DNA of 64,000 bases from Candidatus Micrarchaeia archaeon. Lineage in GTDB: Archaea > Micrarchaeota > Micrarchaeia > CABMEP01. Position numbers and translations under genes: made by a program. The stretch covers positions 115,433 to 179,432 of the forward strand of contig JAVZPM010000001.1 of the NCBI GenBank assembly GCA_038881595.1, given 5' to 3'. Every line of letters starts with the position of its first letter. Position 1 is the stretch's first letter. The notes below the pieces were generated by a model that did no database searches, was not told the origin of the DNA, and saw only the letters and a program-made list of their open reading frames with translations. Below, piece after piece: positions 1 through 9,263 of the stretch.

Positions 1-203
1 CCTCGCTTAACTCTCACTCTTACTATTACAAATCCATCCTTCGCCTTGTAACCTAATGTTCTTGCTCTTGCAAGGTTTGTAGGTTTTTCCACTCTAACTA
101 TCGGAGACTGTTTTCTCCATTCAGATATTCTTGCTCTGTAGGCAGGAGATCTTTCTTTATATTCCTTTTGGAATGTTTTCTGAATTTGCTTATAAAGAGA
201 CAT
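1..203 (-). CDS. rpl15e: 50S ribosomal protein L15e (5' part; runs off window)
   Basis: Not in ORF track. Manual translation from ATG at 203 gives MSLYKQIQKTFQKEYKERSPAYRARISEWRKQSPIVRVEKPTNLARARTLGYKAKDGFVIVRVRVKR, with the L15e R-x-E-K-P-T...RAR-x-LGYKAK motif. Confidence 0.95.
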   Translation of the reverse strand, partial: MSLYKQIQKTFQKEYKERSPAYRARISEWRKQSPIVRVEKPTNLARARTLGYKAKDGFVIVRVRVKR

Positions 204-344
204 AACATCACTTTAGATAATTTAATAAGTCAAAACATAAGTTAAGACTGTAAGATATATTAACTTAGAAAAAATATATAAAGCTTAATACTTGGATGGC
301 GGAAAATATATTAACCCCTTTTGCGTCTTATTTTTGCTGATTTT

Positions 345-3300
345 ATGCAGGAGAAAGAGTATTTAAGATTCTATAAGAATAGTGAAAAAATCAAAAGATT
401 AGCTAGAATTACACTTGCTTCTCTTTTGCTAGTTGAACCCCTGATCCTTCCACTAAATACAAAAGAGACAAATACAAAAGGATTTAAAAATCAGATGAAT
501 AATACTATAAAGGTGGAAAGGATGGGTGATAAAATGAGTGCACAGAAGACTATCAACTTAGAAAAAAAGAAAATCGAAGTAAAAAATGATATTGCCTTAT
601 TGTTAAAACGAAGCATATCTTATGCTACTATCGCTGAAAAAAGAATTAAAGATAAAGAATATGAAAAGGAATGGAAAAATTATTATGATACACTAAATAA
701 AGAAACTAAACAACAGATTGATAATGTTATAAAAAACGCTTTACCGCAAGAAAAAATGGATCGACTTAGAAATAATATTGATATAATAATCCAAGATTTT
801 GCTAATGCTCAAGGACTCCACCAAATTAATGATATGTTCTATAAATTAATAGGTGAATTAAACAAACAAAATCTTACATTAGAAGATACAATTGTATATT
901 TAGCAATGGTGTATAAAGGAGACGAATATAAATCTCTAATAAAAGCTTTTCTTTCAAATTTAGAGATTCCAATCAGAGAGATATATGAAAACTTTAATAA
1001 GATAAATAATAACGAAAAAATTGATATAAAATCAAATATATTCGATCCGGCTACTAAGCAAATAATCAAAAATTTCCAGAAACGAACACAAGAAACTGGC
1101 AGTAGTTATATTGAAACACCTACTTCTATCAAAAAAGAAAAGAAAAAATCACTAGAAACTGAACCTAATGGAACTCTTGATCTAAAAACAATTGAAACGA
1201 TATTGCTTTCATCTGCAATTGAAAAAGAAAAACATTCGAATATCGATAGTTTTGAACTGTATCTAAATGCTAATAGTCAAAGATGGGAAAATGAAACAAC
1301 GGGACATTTTGATTCTGTAGCAGTAATTAGATATAAAGATGGAACCCAAGTAACTTACGGAATAAACTACAATAAAACAGGTGATTACAGTTACTCAAAA
1401 GAATACTTTAGAGGTGAGTGGCCTAAGGATCCAAAAAAGAGAAAAGTGTTTGAAGCAGAAGCATCAGATCTTATTGATACATTATTCGGCGGAAAAGGAG
1501 GAAGACCTTCTTATTATAGGTACTATTCTACAACTGAAAATTCGCTTCTTACACATAGTATAAATGCAAAAACTGGAGCATATTTTATTCTTTCCACTAA
1601 AACTGAAAATAGTATATCTTTAACATACGAAACAAATGGAGATCCTAATTTCTTTGCTACTTTAATAAAGAAGCAAATTATTGAGAGAAGACTTGATCCT
1701 ACTTTATGGAGCGTATATCAAGGTCTCTTACAAACAGCGGAAATAGCTGAAAAGGCAGGTATACCTTCATATTTAGGTAATATCAATAACTGTACTATAA
1801 AGATAACGACAAAAGGTAAATCAGAAGTAGAGAATTATAAAGGAGAGATTAACTGGAAAAAGGAGATTGGCTATCGAATTTCAAATCCGATAATAGAAGT
1901 AGATGAAAGTGGTAAACCTAATGTATATGTTTGGATGGATTTTGTTAAGAAAGGCAAAGACGATGCAATTCAAGTTGTAAACAGTTACAAAATACCAACT
2001 AATACACCTACTCCATTGACAATCGAAAATGATAGATATAATATAGAAATAATAGTGCCGAAAGCTGAAATAGCGAAAGCTATTGATAAATTCATACAAC
2101 AGACAACATTAATTAAGCTTAATTTTAGAGGGATGGAAATAGCAGTGGAACCATCAAAACCGATTGAATTAAGAGATGAAAAAGGAAACAAATATGAAAT
2201 ATTCTTACAAATTAGTGACACAGGAATGCGTATTGGATCTCGAATTGAACTAAAAGCTAAACTTGACATTGCTATGTCAGATTCAAAAGGAACACTGTTA
2301 GATAATAAAAGTGTAGAAATTAATATAGGTGAAGACACACAAATACCGGTTCAAAATCAAATGGTTCCAATCAAAGTTAGTTTGATACAAAATATAGCTT
2401 CGATGAGTTACATGAATTATATAGATTCAAAAATAGAAATGAAAACTATAAGATATGTTAATGAAAATAATGAGGAAAAATACATTACAAACATCAATGG
2501 AGTTTCGCGTATTGGCGGATCAAAGGGTATAGCAACAATCACTTCAAGTATAAACTATTTAACAACAGAACCAATCCAATCAAGAGGAATTTTTAATTTG
2601 ACGAAACAAGGAAATATTAATGAAATAACTGCAGATGATTATAAAGATCTTATGCTAAAGTGGGAAGAAAGAAACCGAAAGCAAGCTTTAGCAACTATGA
2701 GAGGTTGGCTTGGAGAAACTACAATGATTGGTGGAATGATTGATTATAGACGTGATGATGGAACTGGAGTTACTTTGTTTATAAACGATGGAAAACCACT
2801 AATAGACAATGGAATTGCAACTAATGAAAACCTACAATATATGCTTAATGTAATAACCAAAGGTTTTAGAGTAATAGACAAAATAAAAGTTACAGGCTTT
2901 AAAGCCGAAAGAAGGGAAGAACTCCAAAAGAAAACGGAGGAAGAAGAAAGAAGGGACTACTTAAGAAGAGAAAAAAGTATCGGCGTAATAGGATCAATTG
3001 ACTATCATTTTGAGAAAATACTTAACTTATCTGGACTTTGGAATATTAATAAAAAGAGTATAGATGAATGGGCATATGAAGTAGATACATATCTAAGTGG
3101 TAAGGGAGAAGAATTTAGATATCAAACAAAAGATCCAAATGGATCTGGATTAACTGTAAATAAAATCTATTATAATCATGAAAGAATTTATGGGGAGAGC
3201 AAAGCTGGAGAAAAGATGGTTAAAGGTAGCGAATTTTCTACTGTTTTGACATATAATACCATCTATGCATGGGGTGCTAAGATACAACCTGGGTTTGGAA

Positions 3301-4043
3301 TCGAAAAAATGGAAAAAACTGAAACTACTAAATTCCGTGGAACTTTAGATTCAAAAAAATTTGATGAATATTTAAAAACGAAAATGAATCCATATACAAC
3401 TATATTTCTTGGTAATACTAAACTTGATTTCGGTTATAGTGAAACTAAAATAAAAGATAGTTATAAATATAGTAATAACCTTAATATCGAAACCAGTAAT
3501 GTAAATAAAATATACGAGAATTTAGTACATATTGGGATGGAAATAATAAAAACAAAAATCTTTGGACTTTCAACAGATATAACTGGTTATTATGAAGGAA
3601 ATAACAGAAATAGTAAATGGTTTACACCTCATCTGACAAGGGAAGAGGAAAGCCATAATAAAATATATTTCTTCCAACCAACATTTGAATTAAAAAACAA
3701 TTGGCTTTTAGGTATTGGATTTGGATATTCATTGCAAGATTGGGAAACAAAAGAAATTGAGAAATTATTAAAGGGAGAAAGGGATTCCTATACTTTGCGT
3801 ATAAACGCGACTGATAAAGATAGATTTACTGGATACTTCGAACTTATAAAGACAGACTATAAAGAAACAGGTTACAATCCCTTATCAAGAAAATGGTCAT
3901 CAGTAATCACCAAACTCTCAGCAGAAACAAAATTGAAAGAAAACGTTCGTATTTCTGGTAGTCTTTCATTTAACCAATTCAATTACAATGGCAAAATCAA
4001 CACTTATTGGAGTGCACATATCGGCTTAAAAGTAAGATATTAA
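345..4043 (+). CDS. Large hypothetical protein with C-terminal beta-barrel-like region
   Basis: Long ORF. Start uncertain: TTG 321, ATG 345, or ATG 534 preceded by GGTGA. C-terminal ~350 aa are amphipathic beta-strands ending YWSAHIGLKVRY. Confidence 0.8.
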   Translation: MQEKEYLRFYKNSEKIKRLARITLASLLLVEPLILPLNTKETNTKGFKNQMNNTIKVERMGDKMSAQKTINLEKKKIEVKNDIALLLKRSISYATIAEKRIKDKEYEKEWKNYYDTLNKETKQQIDNVIKNALPQEKMDRLRNNIDIIIQDFANAQGLHQINDMFYKLIGELNKQNLTLEDTIVYLAMVYKGDEYKSLIKAFLSNLEIPIREIYENFNKINNNEKIDIKSNIFDPATKQIIKNFQKRTQETGSSYIETPTSIKKEKKKSLETEPNGTLDLKTIETILLSSAIEKEKHSNIDSFELYLNANSQRWENETTGHFDSVAVIRYKDGTQVTYGINYNKTGDYSYSKEYFRGEWPKDPKKRKVFEAEASDLIDTLFGGKGGRPSYYRYYSTTENSLLTHSINAKTGAYFILSTKTENSISLTYETNGDPNFFATLIKKQIIERRLDPTLWSVYQGLLQTAEIAEKAGIPSYLGNINNCTIKITTKGKSEVENYKGEINWKKEIGYRISNPIIEVDESGKPNVYVWMDFVKKGKDDAIQVVNSYKIPTNTPTPLTIENDRYNIEIIVPKAEIAKAIDKFIQQTTLIKLNFRGMEIAVEPSKPIELRDEKGNKYEIFLQISDTGMRIGSRIELKAKLDIAMSDSKGTLLDNKSVEINIGEDTQIPVQNQMVPIKVSLIQNIASMSYMNYIDSKIEMKTIRYVNENNEEKYITNINGVSRIGGSKGIATITSSINYLTTEPIQSRGIFNLTKQGNINEITADDYKDLMLKWEERNRKQALATMRGWLGETTMIGGMIDYRRDDGTGVTLFINDGKPLIDNGIATNENLQYMLNVITKGFRVIDKIKVTGFKAERREELQKKTEEEERRDYLRREKSIGVIGSIDYHFEKILNLSGLWNINKKSIDEWAYEVDTYLSGKGEEFRYQTKDPNGSGLTVNKIYYNHERIYGESKAGEKMVKGSEFSTVLTYNTIYAWGAKIQPGFGIEKMEKTETTKFRGTLDSKKFDEYLKTKMNPYTTIFLGNTKLDFGYSETKIKDSYKYSNNLNIETSNVNKIYENLVHIGMEIIKTKIFGLSTDITGYYEGNNRNSKWFTPHLTREEESHNKIYFFQPTFELKNNWLLGIGFGYSLQDWETKEIEKLLKGERDSYTLRINATDKDRFTGYFELIKTDYKETGYNPLSRKWSSVITKLSAETKLKENVRISGSLSFNQFNYNGKINTYWSAHIGLKVRY

Positions 4044-4390
4044 TAAAAAAAGACATATAAGAACAGATATAGCTTCTAAATAAAGTATGGTAAGGAAGAA
4101 ATTCTTTATTGCTTTTAGGTGATTTAAAAGCATTGAATGTTTTTCTATTCGATCTCTGTGAATTTTTAGTTACTAGATATATGTATTAAAATTTCTCTGA
4201 AAGGCAGTGATTAGAATTTATCAAATGAAAGATACATCTTTTTAAGTAGACTAACAAGAGTATCCTTATCTGTATTCAGATTGTCTTCGCTAATTAATGC
4301 AAATGGTGAACCTATAAATTTGATATGCATGGATCTCCTTTTTGAAAAGCGATCATATCTCATAAATGAAAAAATAAATTTAAGAAGCAA

Positions 4391-4624
4391 TTACAGTATA
4401 GTAATCTTTAATTTACTATCTCTTTCAGAAATTTTTTTATTCAATTCGTTCGCTATCCATATTGCATCATCCTTTTTTATTTCACCAGCAGAAACAGACA
4501 TACGGAGACCGCTCTGGATCATTGCCACCGTTTGGGTTAAATTTTTGCTATTGTTTATTTCAGTCAAAAGATTATTTAAAATATCTTCTTTAGTTTCTTT
4601 TGTAGTTGAAACTTTTTTCCTTGT
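4391..4624 (-). pseudogene. Probable decayed in-frame 3' continuation of the 434-aa ORF
   Basis: After the TAA at 4625-4627 the same frame stays open for 77 protein-like codons (TRKKVSTTKETKEDILNNLLTEINN...KLKITIL*). Confidence 0.4.
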
Positions 4625-5929
4625 TTAGATATTTCTGTTGGTTTTTTGCATTCCGGCTGGAGGTTGCGTTGATGAAGAGTCTGACTTTTCGTCACTCACA
4701 AGTTCTAATTTAACTCGATATTTAGTAGTACCTGGCACTAAATTAGGATAATCTTCAGCGTACTTATACGTACGCCCTGTTCTCCTATTAATTTCCTTTA
4801 GAAGAGTATCTTTGATTTCAAGAAAGTTTTTATAACTATATTCTACTTCTCGCCCTTCTAATAATTTTTGAATCTTGTATTTGCCATCTGTATCTACTTT
4901 ATTGAAGTTTATTCCATTAATTATTAACTCCTCAGAAAATATATTCTGTGTCTCCTGTTTTTCTTCTTTTACTTGAGTAAATTGAAGACGAGTAATAATA
5001 TACTTTCCATTCTCATATTTAACTTCATAACTTCCTCCTTCACCAGTGAATTTATATTTATTATTACTGACCTTTTCTTCTTTTACATTCTTTCCTGCCC
5101 AATATTTAGCAATTTCCTTTAAGTTATCCATCATAACTGAATTTTCTTTCATAGTGAATGAAAGAGATTTACCTTCGCCGAGACCTTCCTCCAGCTCTTT
5201 AAGCTTAGATTGTGTAGCTGGAATCTCACCAAGTTTAGTTGGTTTGCCTCCAATTTCAACTTGAATGTTTTTAATTTGATTCAATGCTTTTTGCAATGCG
5301 CCATCTGACTGTTGTTCAATTACTTCTTTCTTAACTTCTTCTTTATATTGATTATCTAAAGATGTAGTAACTTTTGATTTTTCATAACCGGATTTTAATT
5401 TTTCTAATTCACTTTGAGCATTGTCAACTTTTTTTTGTAAACTACTAATATCTAAAACTACATATTGAAGACCATCGTCTTTCTTTTTAATATTAGGTTC
5501 TTTTGATGTTTCCTTCCCTGTACTTAACTCAAATGCAACACTGCCACCATTCATAAAATTAATGAAATTTTTGACATCTGAAGCAGGGTCTCTATTTGTA
5601 TATTTATACCACTTTTGAATTTGTCCATCATCACTTGAAATAATTGAAAATGTAAGTTTATATCCTAGCTTATCCAGTCCCTTCTCAAGACTTTCTAATT
5701 CAGATGCGGTAAAGATACCAGTAAATTTAATCTCTCCTTTGTTTGATTTGAAGAACTCACGTACAGAATTAGTAAAATCTTTGTTATTCACATAACTCAT
5801 TTGCTGAATTAGTTTTTCTAATGCATTCCTTTCATCCTTTTCTAAATTTTTCAATTTGGTCTCATCAAACAATCCTTTTGCTGTCAGTTCTTCTGGTTTT
5901 TTCATTGCAAGTTCAAATAAAATCAACAT
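4625..5929 (-). CDS. Hypothetical Lys/Glu-rich protein
   Basis: 434-aa ORF with GGTGA upstream, 6 nt from the previous gene's stop; no family recognised. Confidence 0.75.
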   Translation of the reverse strand: MLILFELAMKKPEELTAKGLFDETKLKNLEKDERNALEKLIQQMSYVNNKDFTNSVREFFKSNKGEIKFTGIFTASELESLEKGLDKLGYKLTFSIISSDDGQIQKWYKYTNRDPASDVKNFINFMNGGSVAFELSTGKETSKEPNIKKKDDGLQYVVLDISSLQKKVDNAQSELEKLKSGYEKSKVTTSLDNQYKEEVKKEVIEQQSDGALQKALNQIKNIQVEIGGKPTKLGEIPATQSKLKELEEGLGEGKSLSFTMKENSVMMDNLKEIAKYWAGKNVKEEKVSNNKYKFTGEGGSYEVKYENGKYIITRLQFTQVKEEKQETQNIFSEELIINGINFNKVDTDGKYKIQKLLEGREVEYSYKNFLEIKDTLLKEINRRTGRTYKYAEDYPNLVPGTTKYRVKLELVSDEKSDSSSTQPPAGMQKTNRNI

Positions 5930-5935
5930 GATATA

Positions 5936-7324
5936 TCACCTCTCCGCGTAAAATTTAGAAATGTCAATATTTATCATAATAGGTGTAAGTTGTGCAATTT
6001 TAATTGCATGATCTAAGTTTTTAATTTCATCTTCTGAAATTTCAAGATCTCTTTTACTAAGTAAAGTTGACAAACTATTTTGTATTTCTTCCTTCAACTG
6101 CTTTGTATCTTTTCCTTTTGTGTAATATCTTTGAGGATATATAACAACCTGTAATTTATCATCTCTTTCCACTATATAATATCTTTTATCATCTATATAA
6201 ATCTGTTTATTTGATATTTCGTTATTTATAAATTTAGATTCTCCAAATTCTGGTGGCTTCCATACTATTTGAGGCATTTCTTTTGAATCCCAATCGAAGT
6301 TTATGGAATCGAAAGGAACATAATATCCATTTTCATCAAGCCACACCTGATTATTATATTGGTCAAGAGAAAGGGTTGCCCATTCTCCATTTCTCATTCT
6401 TAACCTAGTTCCTATTTCTAATGGCTCAAGATTAAGTTCTCCGTTATGCAATAAGACTCCAACATCTTTCTTTCTTATCTCTTCGTCTGTTCCAGTTATG
6501 TATTTATTCCCTTTCTTAATTGCATAGAATGAACCCTCTCCAACAAAAAGGCAGCCTGCTGTAGTCTGATTGTAAAGATCATCTAATATTCCTGCTTCGC
6601 TTCCTAATGGTGCTTCTCCAATAAAACCTGGATAAATAAAAGAACGGAAGTGAAGCTTTTCTGTACCTTTAAATGATATTTTGGCTGATCCCATAAGATT
6701 AAATATACTCCAAGGATAAGGTGAATTTGGAGAAGAAAAGGAATTAGGATATTGTTCTCTAATTTCTGAAAAACCTTTTCTCCCAGCAGGTATAACCCAT
6801 CCTCCTTTTTCTAATTGTCCTAATTGAAAAGTACCGGTCCTTAATGGAATTGAAATAGACGCTCCTGAAAGAATGGTCACATCTTCTATCTCTCCATCTT
6901 TTACTTTTACTAATATTCCCATGTTAGGATTTGCATAAAGCTCGTATCCCTTTCCAGTAAGATTTTTTCTTTTTATTGCATCATCAATAAAACCTTGAAT
7001 GATGTCTTTAGATGGTAAAAAATAGTTTATCTCTCTTGCATAACTTTTCCCAATATAAAGTATTGACTTATTACTTTCCTCTCCCAATCTGAAGACAATC
7101 TGATAACCATTTTCCCTAATAAAATCATAAACTTCATTTATCAGTTTTTTCTTAAAGTTATCATTTTTTATATTCAATTCAATCTTAAAAAAAGACCCTT
7201 TTGCATCCTCTAAATCTTTTATAGAGAATTCTGTCACTTTTCTTTCTGCTATTTCTTTTATTTTTCCTAATATTTTATTTATTTCCTCTCTTTCATTTTG
7301 AATTTCTTTTAACATAGGCGGCAT
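5936..7324 (-). CDS. Hypothetical protein
   Basis: 462-aa ORF with GTGA upstream; internal TAGCLFVG motif; no confident family. Confidence 0.75.
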   Translation of the reverse strand: MPPMLKEIQNEREEINKILGKIKEIAERKVTEFSIKDLEDAKGSFFKIELNIKNDNFKKKLINEVYDFIRENGYQIVFRLGEESNKSILYIGKSYAREINYFLPSKDIIQGFIDDAIKRKNLTGKGYELYANPNMGILVKVKDGEIEDVTILSGASISIPLRTGTFQLGQLEKGGWVIPAGRKGFSEIREQYPNSFSSPNSPYPWSIFNLMGSAKISFKGTEKLHFRSFIYPGFIGEAPLGSEAGILDDLYNQTTAGCLFVGEGSFYAIKKGNKYITGTDEEIRKKDVGVLLHNGELNLEPLEIGTRLRMRNGEWATLSLDQYNNQVWLDENGYYVPFDSINFDWDSKEMPQIVWKPPEFGESKFINNEISNKQIYIDDKRYYIVERDDKLQVVIYPQRYYTKGKDTKQLKEEIQNSLSTLLSKRDLEISEDEIKNLDHAIKIAQLTPIMINIDISKFYAER

Positions 7325-7379
7325 ATAATATCACTTGTCTTAATCGTTATATTAACTAACGTTTTTTGGATTTAAATTT

Positions 7380-8675
7380 CTATTCTTTTTGATAAGTAAT
7401 ATATCTTTCTCCATTACTACAAACTGCAATATATGCTTCATCAAATGGTATTGAAGTATAATAGGCATAATTTGATATTTCTGGCTTTTGAACATAATAC
7501 TTATATTTGCATCCGGTTCTTTCGAAAGACGCCTGTGTCCCATCGTCTATAAAGATTGGGACGTGTATGTTTCTTTCAACACCGAAATTAGTATTAACTT
7601 CATCTTCAATTTTTCCAGTTCCTGCTACCTCCACCGGCACCCACTCTCCATCGTAAAATTCAACCCACATATGCCTTACAAACCTAGTCTCATTTTCTTT
7701 GGCTAAAAATCCCTCTACATATCTCGAAGGAATACCTGCTGATCTAAGAAGAGAGATATAAAGATAGCTTAGTTCATCACAGTCACCTTTTCTTGATTTC
7801 ATCATCTCAGCTGGAGACTGGACGTATTCATCTACTCCGCCTTGATTGAAATAGGAAGTGTTGTTTTTAAGCCAAATGAATAATTCCCTTGCCATATCCC
7901 AAACATTATCGCTGTTTACTCTTTTCTTAATGTCTGTGACAATCATCTTAATTTCTTCATTATTTGGATCAATCATTTTCTTTGTCTTTCCTGTTGAAAC
8001 ATCGGTCGTTGTCCTTTCTCCAAGATAATTTTGCATTAAAGATGAAGCTTCCTGTATGGTTGTCTCCTTTCTTTCGAATATCTTTATGCTATTAGTTCCA
8101 TTAAGCGCAATTAAAAAATAGAACTTGATTGAATTATATTTCTGATTAATATTATCGATTGAAAGCCGTACCATTCTATTCTGACCAATATGATAAATAT
8201 CTTTTTTTGTTCCATCAAAAGAAATATTTAATAATGAATTTTCAGGATAAGGTAAATCACAAGTTAATTCTGTACGATACAAAGTTCCATTATAGCCATA
8301 TATAACTAAATAATCTCTTTTTGTTGGAAATTCATAATATAAGCAGTCTTTAACTAATGTAAAATTCCAATCATAGCTTCCAGGATAAAAAATAAATGAA
8401 AGATTATAATCCTTATATCCTTCTTTAGTTATTCTTATTTTATAGCTTCCTTGTGTAAGATTTGAAAATTTATAAAAACCATTTTCATCGCTGTATGTGA
8501 AGTATGTTTTATTAGAAATCATCTCTATCTTTGCATTTGGAATCGCGTCTCCATTAACTGATTTGATTACACCATTCAAACTAAAAGTAGTCGGCTCTGA
8601 AATTATTTCCTCGATTCCAATGCATCCGAAAATTAAAAAAGATGAAATTAAAACTAAAATCACTAGATGTTTCAT
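7380..8675 (-). CDS. Transglutaminase-like domain lipoprotein with carboxypeptidase-regulatory-like Ig domain
   Basis: Signal peptide/lipobox MKHLVILVLISSFLIFGC; SDENGFYKF..L..GSY.I...KEGY domain; catalytic motifs GDCDELS, RSAGIPSRYVEG, HMWVEFY..EWVPVE. Start moved to 8675 because the upstream extension overlaps a tRNA. Confidence 0.88.
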   Translation of the reverse strand: MKHLVILVLISSFLIFGCIGIEEIISEPTTFSLNGVIKSVNGDAIPNAKIEMISNKTYFTYSDENGFYKFSNLTQGSYKIRITKEGYKDYNLSFIFYPGSYDWNFTLVKDCLYYEFPTKRDYLVIYGYNGTLYRTELTCDLPYPENSLLNISFDGTKKDIYHIGQNRMVRLSIDNINQKYNSIKFYFLIALNGTNSIKIFERKETTIQEASSLMQNYLGERTTTDVSTGKTKKMIDPNNEEIKMIVTDIKKRVNSDNVWDMARELFIWLKNNTSYFNQGGVDEYVQSPAEMMKSRKGDCDELSYLYISLLRSAGIPSRYVEGFLAKENETRFVRHMWVEFYDGEWVPVEVAGTGKIEDEVNTNFGVERNIHVPIFIDDGTQASFERTGCKYKYYVQKPEISNYAYYTSIPFDEAYIAVCSNGERYITYQKE

Positions 8676-8728
8676 ATCTAATAATTTATTGATATCCTTT
8701 ATAAACATAATCTGGAAATAATATTTAA

Positions 8729-8827
8729 GCCCGAGTAGCTCAGTGGTAGAGCGCCTGAGAAACTTATAATAAAGTTTCGGCGAATCTCGTAAACAGGAGG
8801 TCAAGGGTTCAAATCCCTTCTCGGGCT
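8729..8827 (+). tRNA. tRNA-Thr(CGU) with 27-nt intron at non-canonical position 30/31 (8758-8784)
   Basis: Acceptor GCCCGAG/CTCGGGC, D-arm TAGCTCAGTGGTAGAGC, T-loop TTCAAAT. Strict BHB GAG-CGCC-UGA / GGCG-AAU-CUC. Spliced arm CCTGT-CT-CGT-AA-ACAGG. Confidence 0.92.
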
Positions 8828-8871
8828 TAGAATTAAAATACTTAAACTGCTAATATAAAAGAGGGATTATA

Positions 8872-9168
8872 ATGGAAAGAGTTTATAAAGTAGAAAAAAG
8901 CAAGAAGAAAGAGTTGGATGCATTAATGGCAAAAGATCCTTATGCGCCTATATCATTTGGCAGAATAGCTCCTTTGCTCAAAGAGAAGGATGATCTTATA
9001 TTTATTTATGTAAAGTCAGAAGAAGAACCTGTATTCAAATTTGTTGAGGAACAATTAAAAACCATAAATGGAGAGAGAGCAAGCGAAAAGGAAGAAGCTG
9101 AAATAATAGAAATTATACATAAAGAAGAGGAATCAGCAGCGGGCGGATTTGGAGCAATATTTGAATAA
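8872..9168 (+). CDS. Small acidic archaeal hypothetical protein
   Basis: 98-aa ORF with GAGG upstream; C-terminal AAGGFGAIFE motif. Confidence 0.8.
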   Translation: MERVYKVEKSKKKELDALMAKDPYAPISFGRIAPLLKEKDDLIFIYVKSEEEPVFKFVEEQLKTINGERASEKEEAEIIEIIHKEEESAAGGFGAIFE

Positions 9169-9177
9169 TATATTAAT

Positions 9178-9242
9178 GAGATGATGAATCTTATGAGTAT
9201 TGAGGACATACGTCCAATGAAATAGGTCTTGAGTTCTGATCT
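9178..9242 (+). ncRNA. Box C/D guide sRNA, predicted to direct Cm34 of tRNA-Met(CAU) and tRNA-Leu(CAA)
   Basis: Intergenic. Box C ATGATGA 9181-9187, D' TTGA 9200-9203, GGAC/GTCC hairpin, degenerate C' ending ATGA, box D CTGA 9236-9239. Guides are antisense to CUCAUAA and CUCAAGA anticodon loops. Confidence 0.8.
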
Positions 9243-9263
9243 TTAAATTTAAAAGGTAATCAA

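Noticed and set aside
4281-4628. 115-aa + strand ORF
   Set aside because: Antisense shadow of the minus-strand continuation; atypical composition.
8676-8804. N-terminal extension of the transglutaminase ORF
   Set aside because: Antisense to tRNA-Thr; the real signal peptide starts at 8675.
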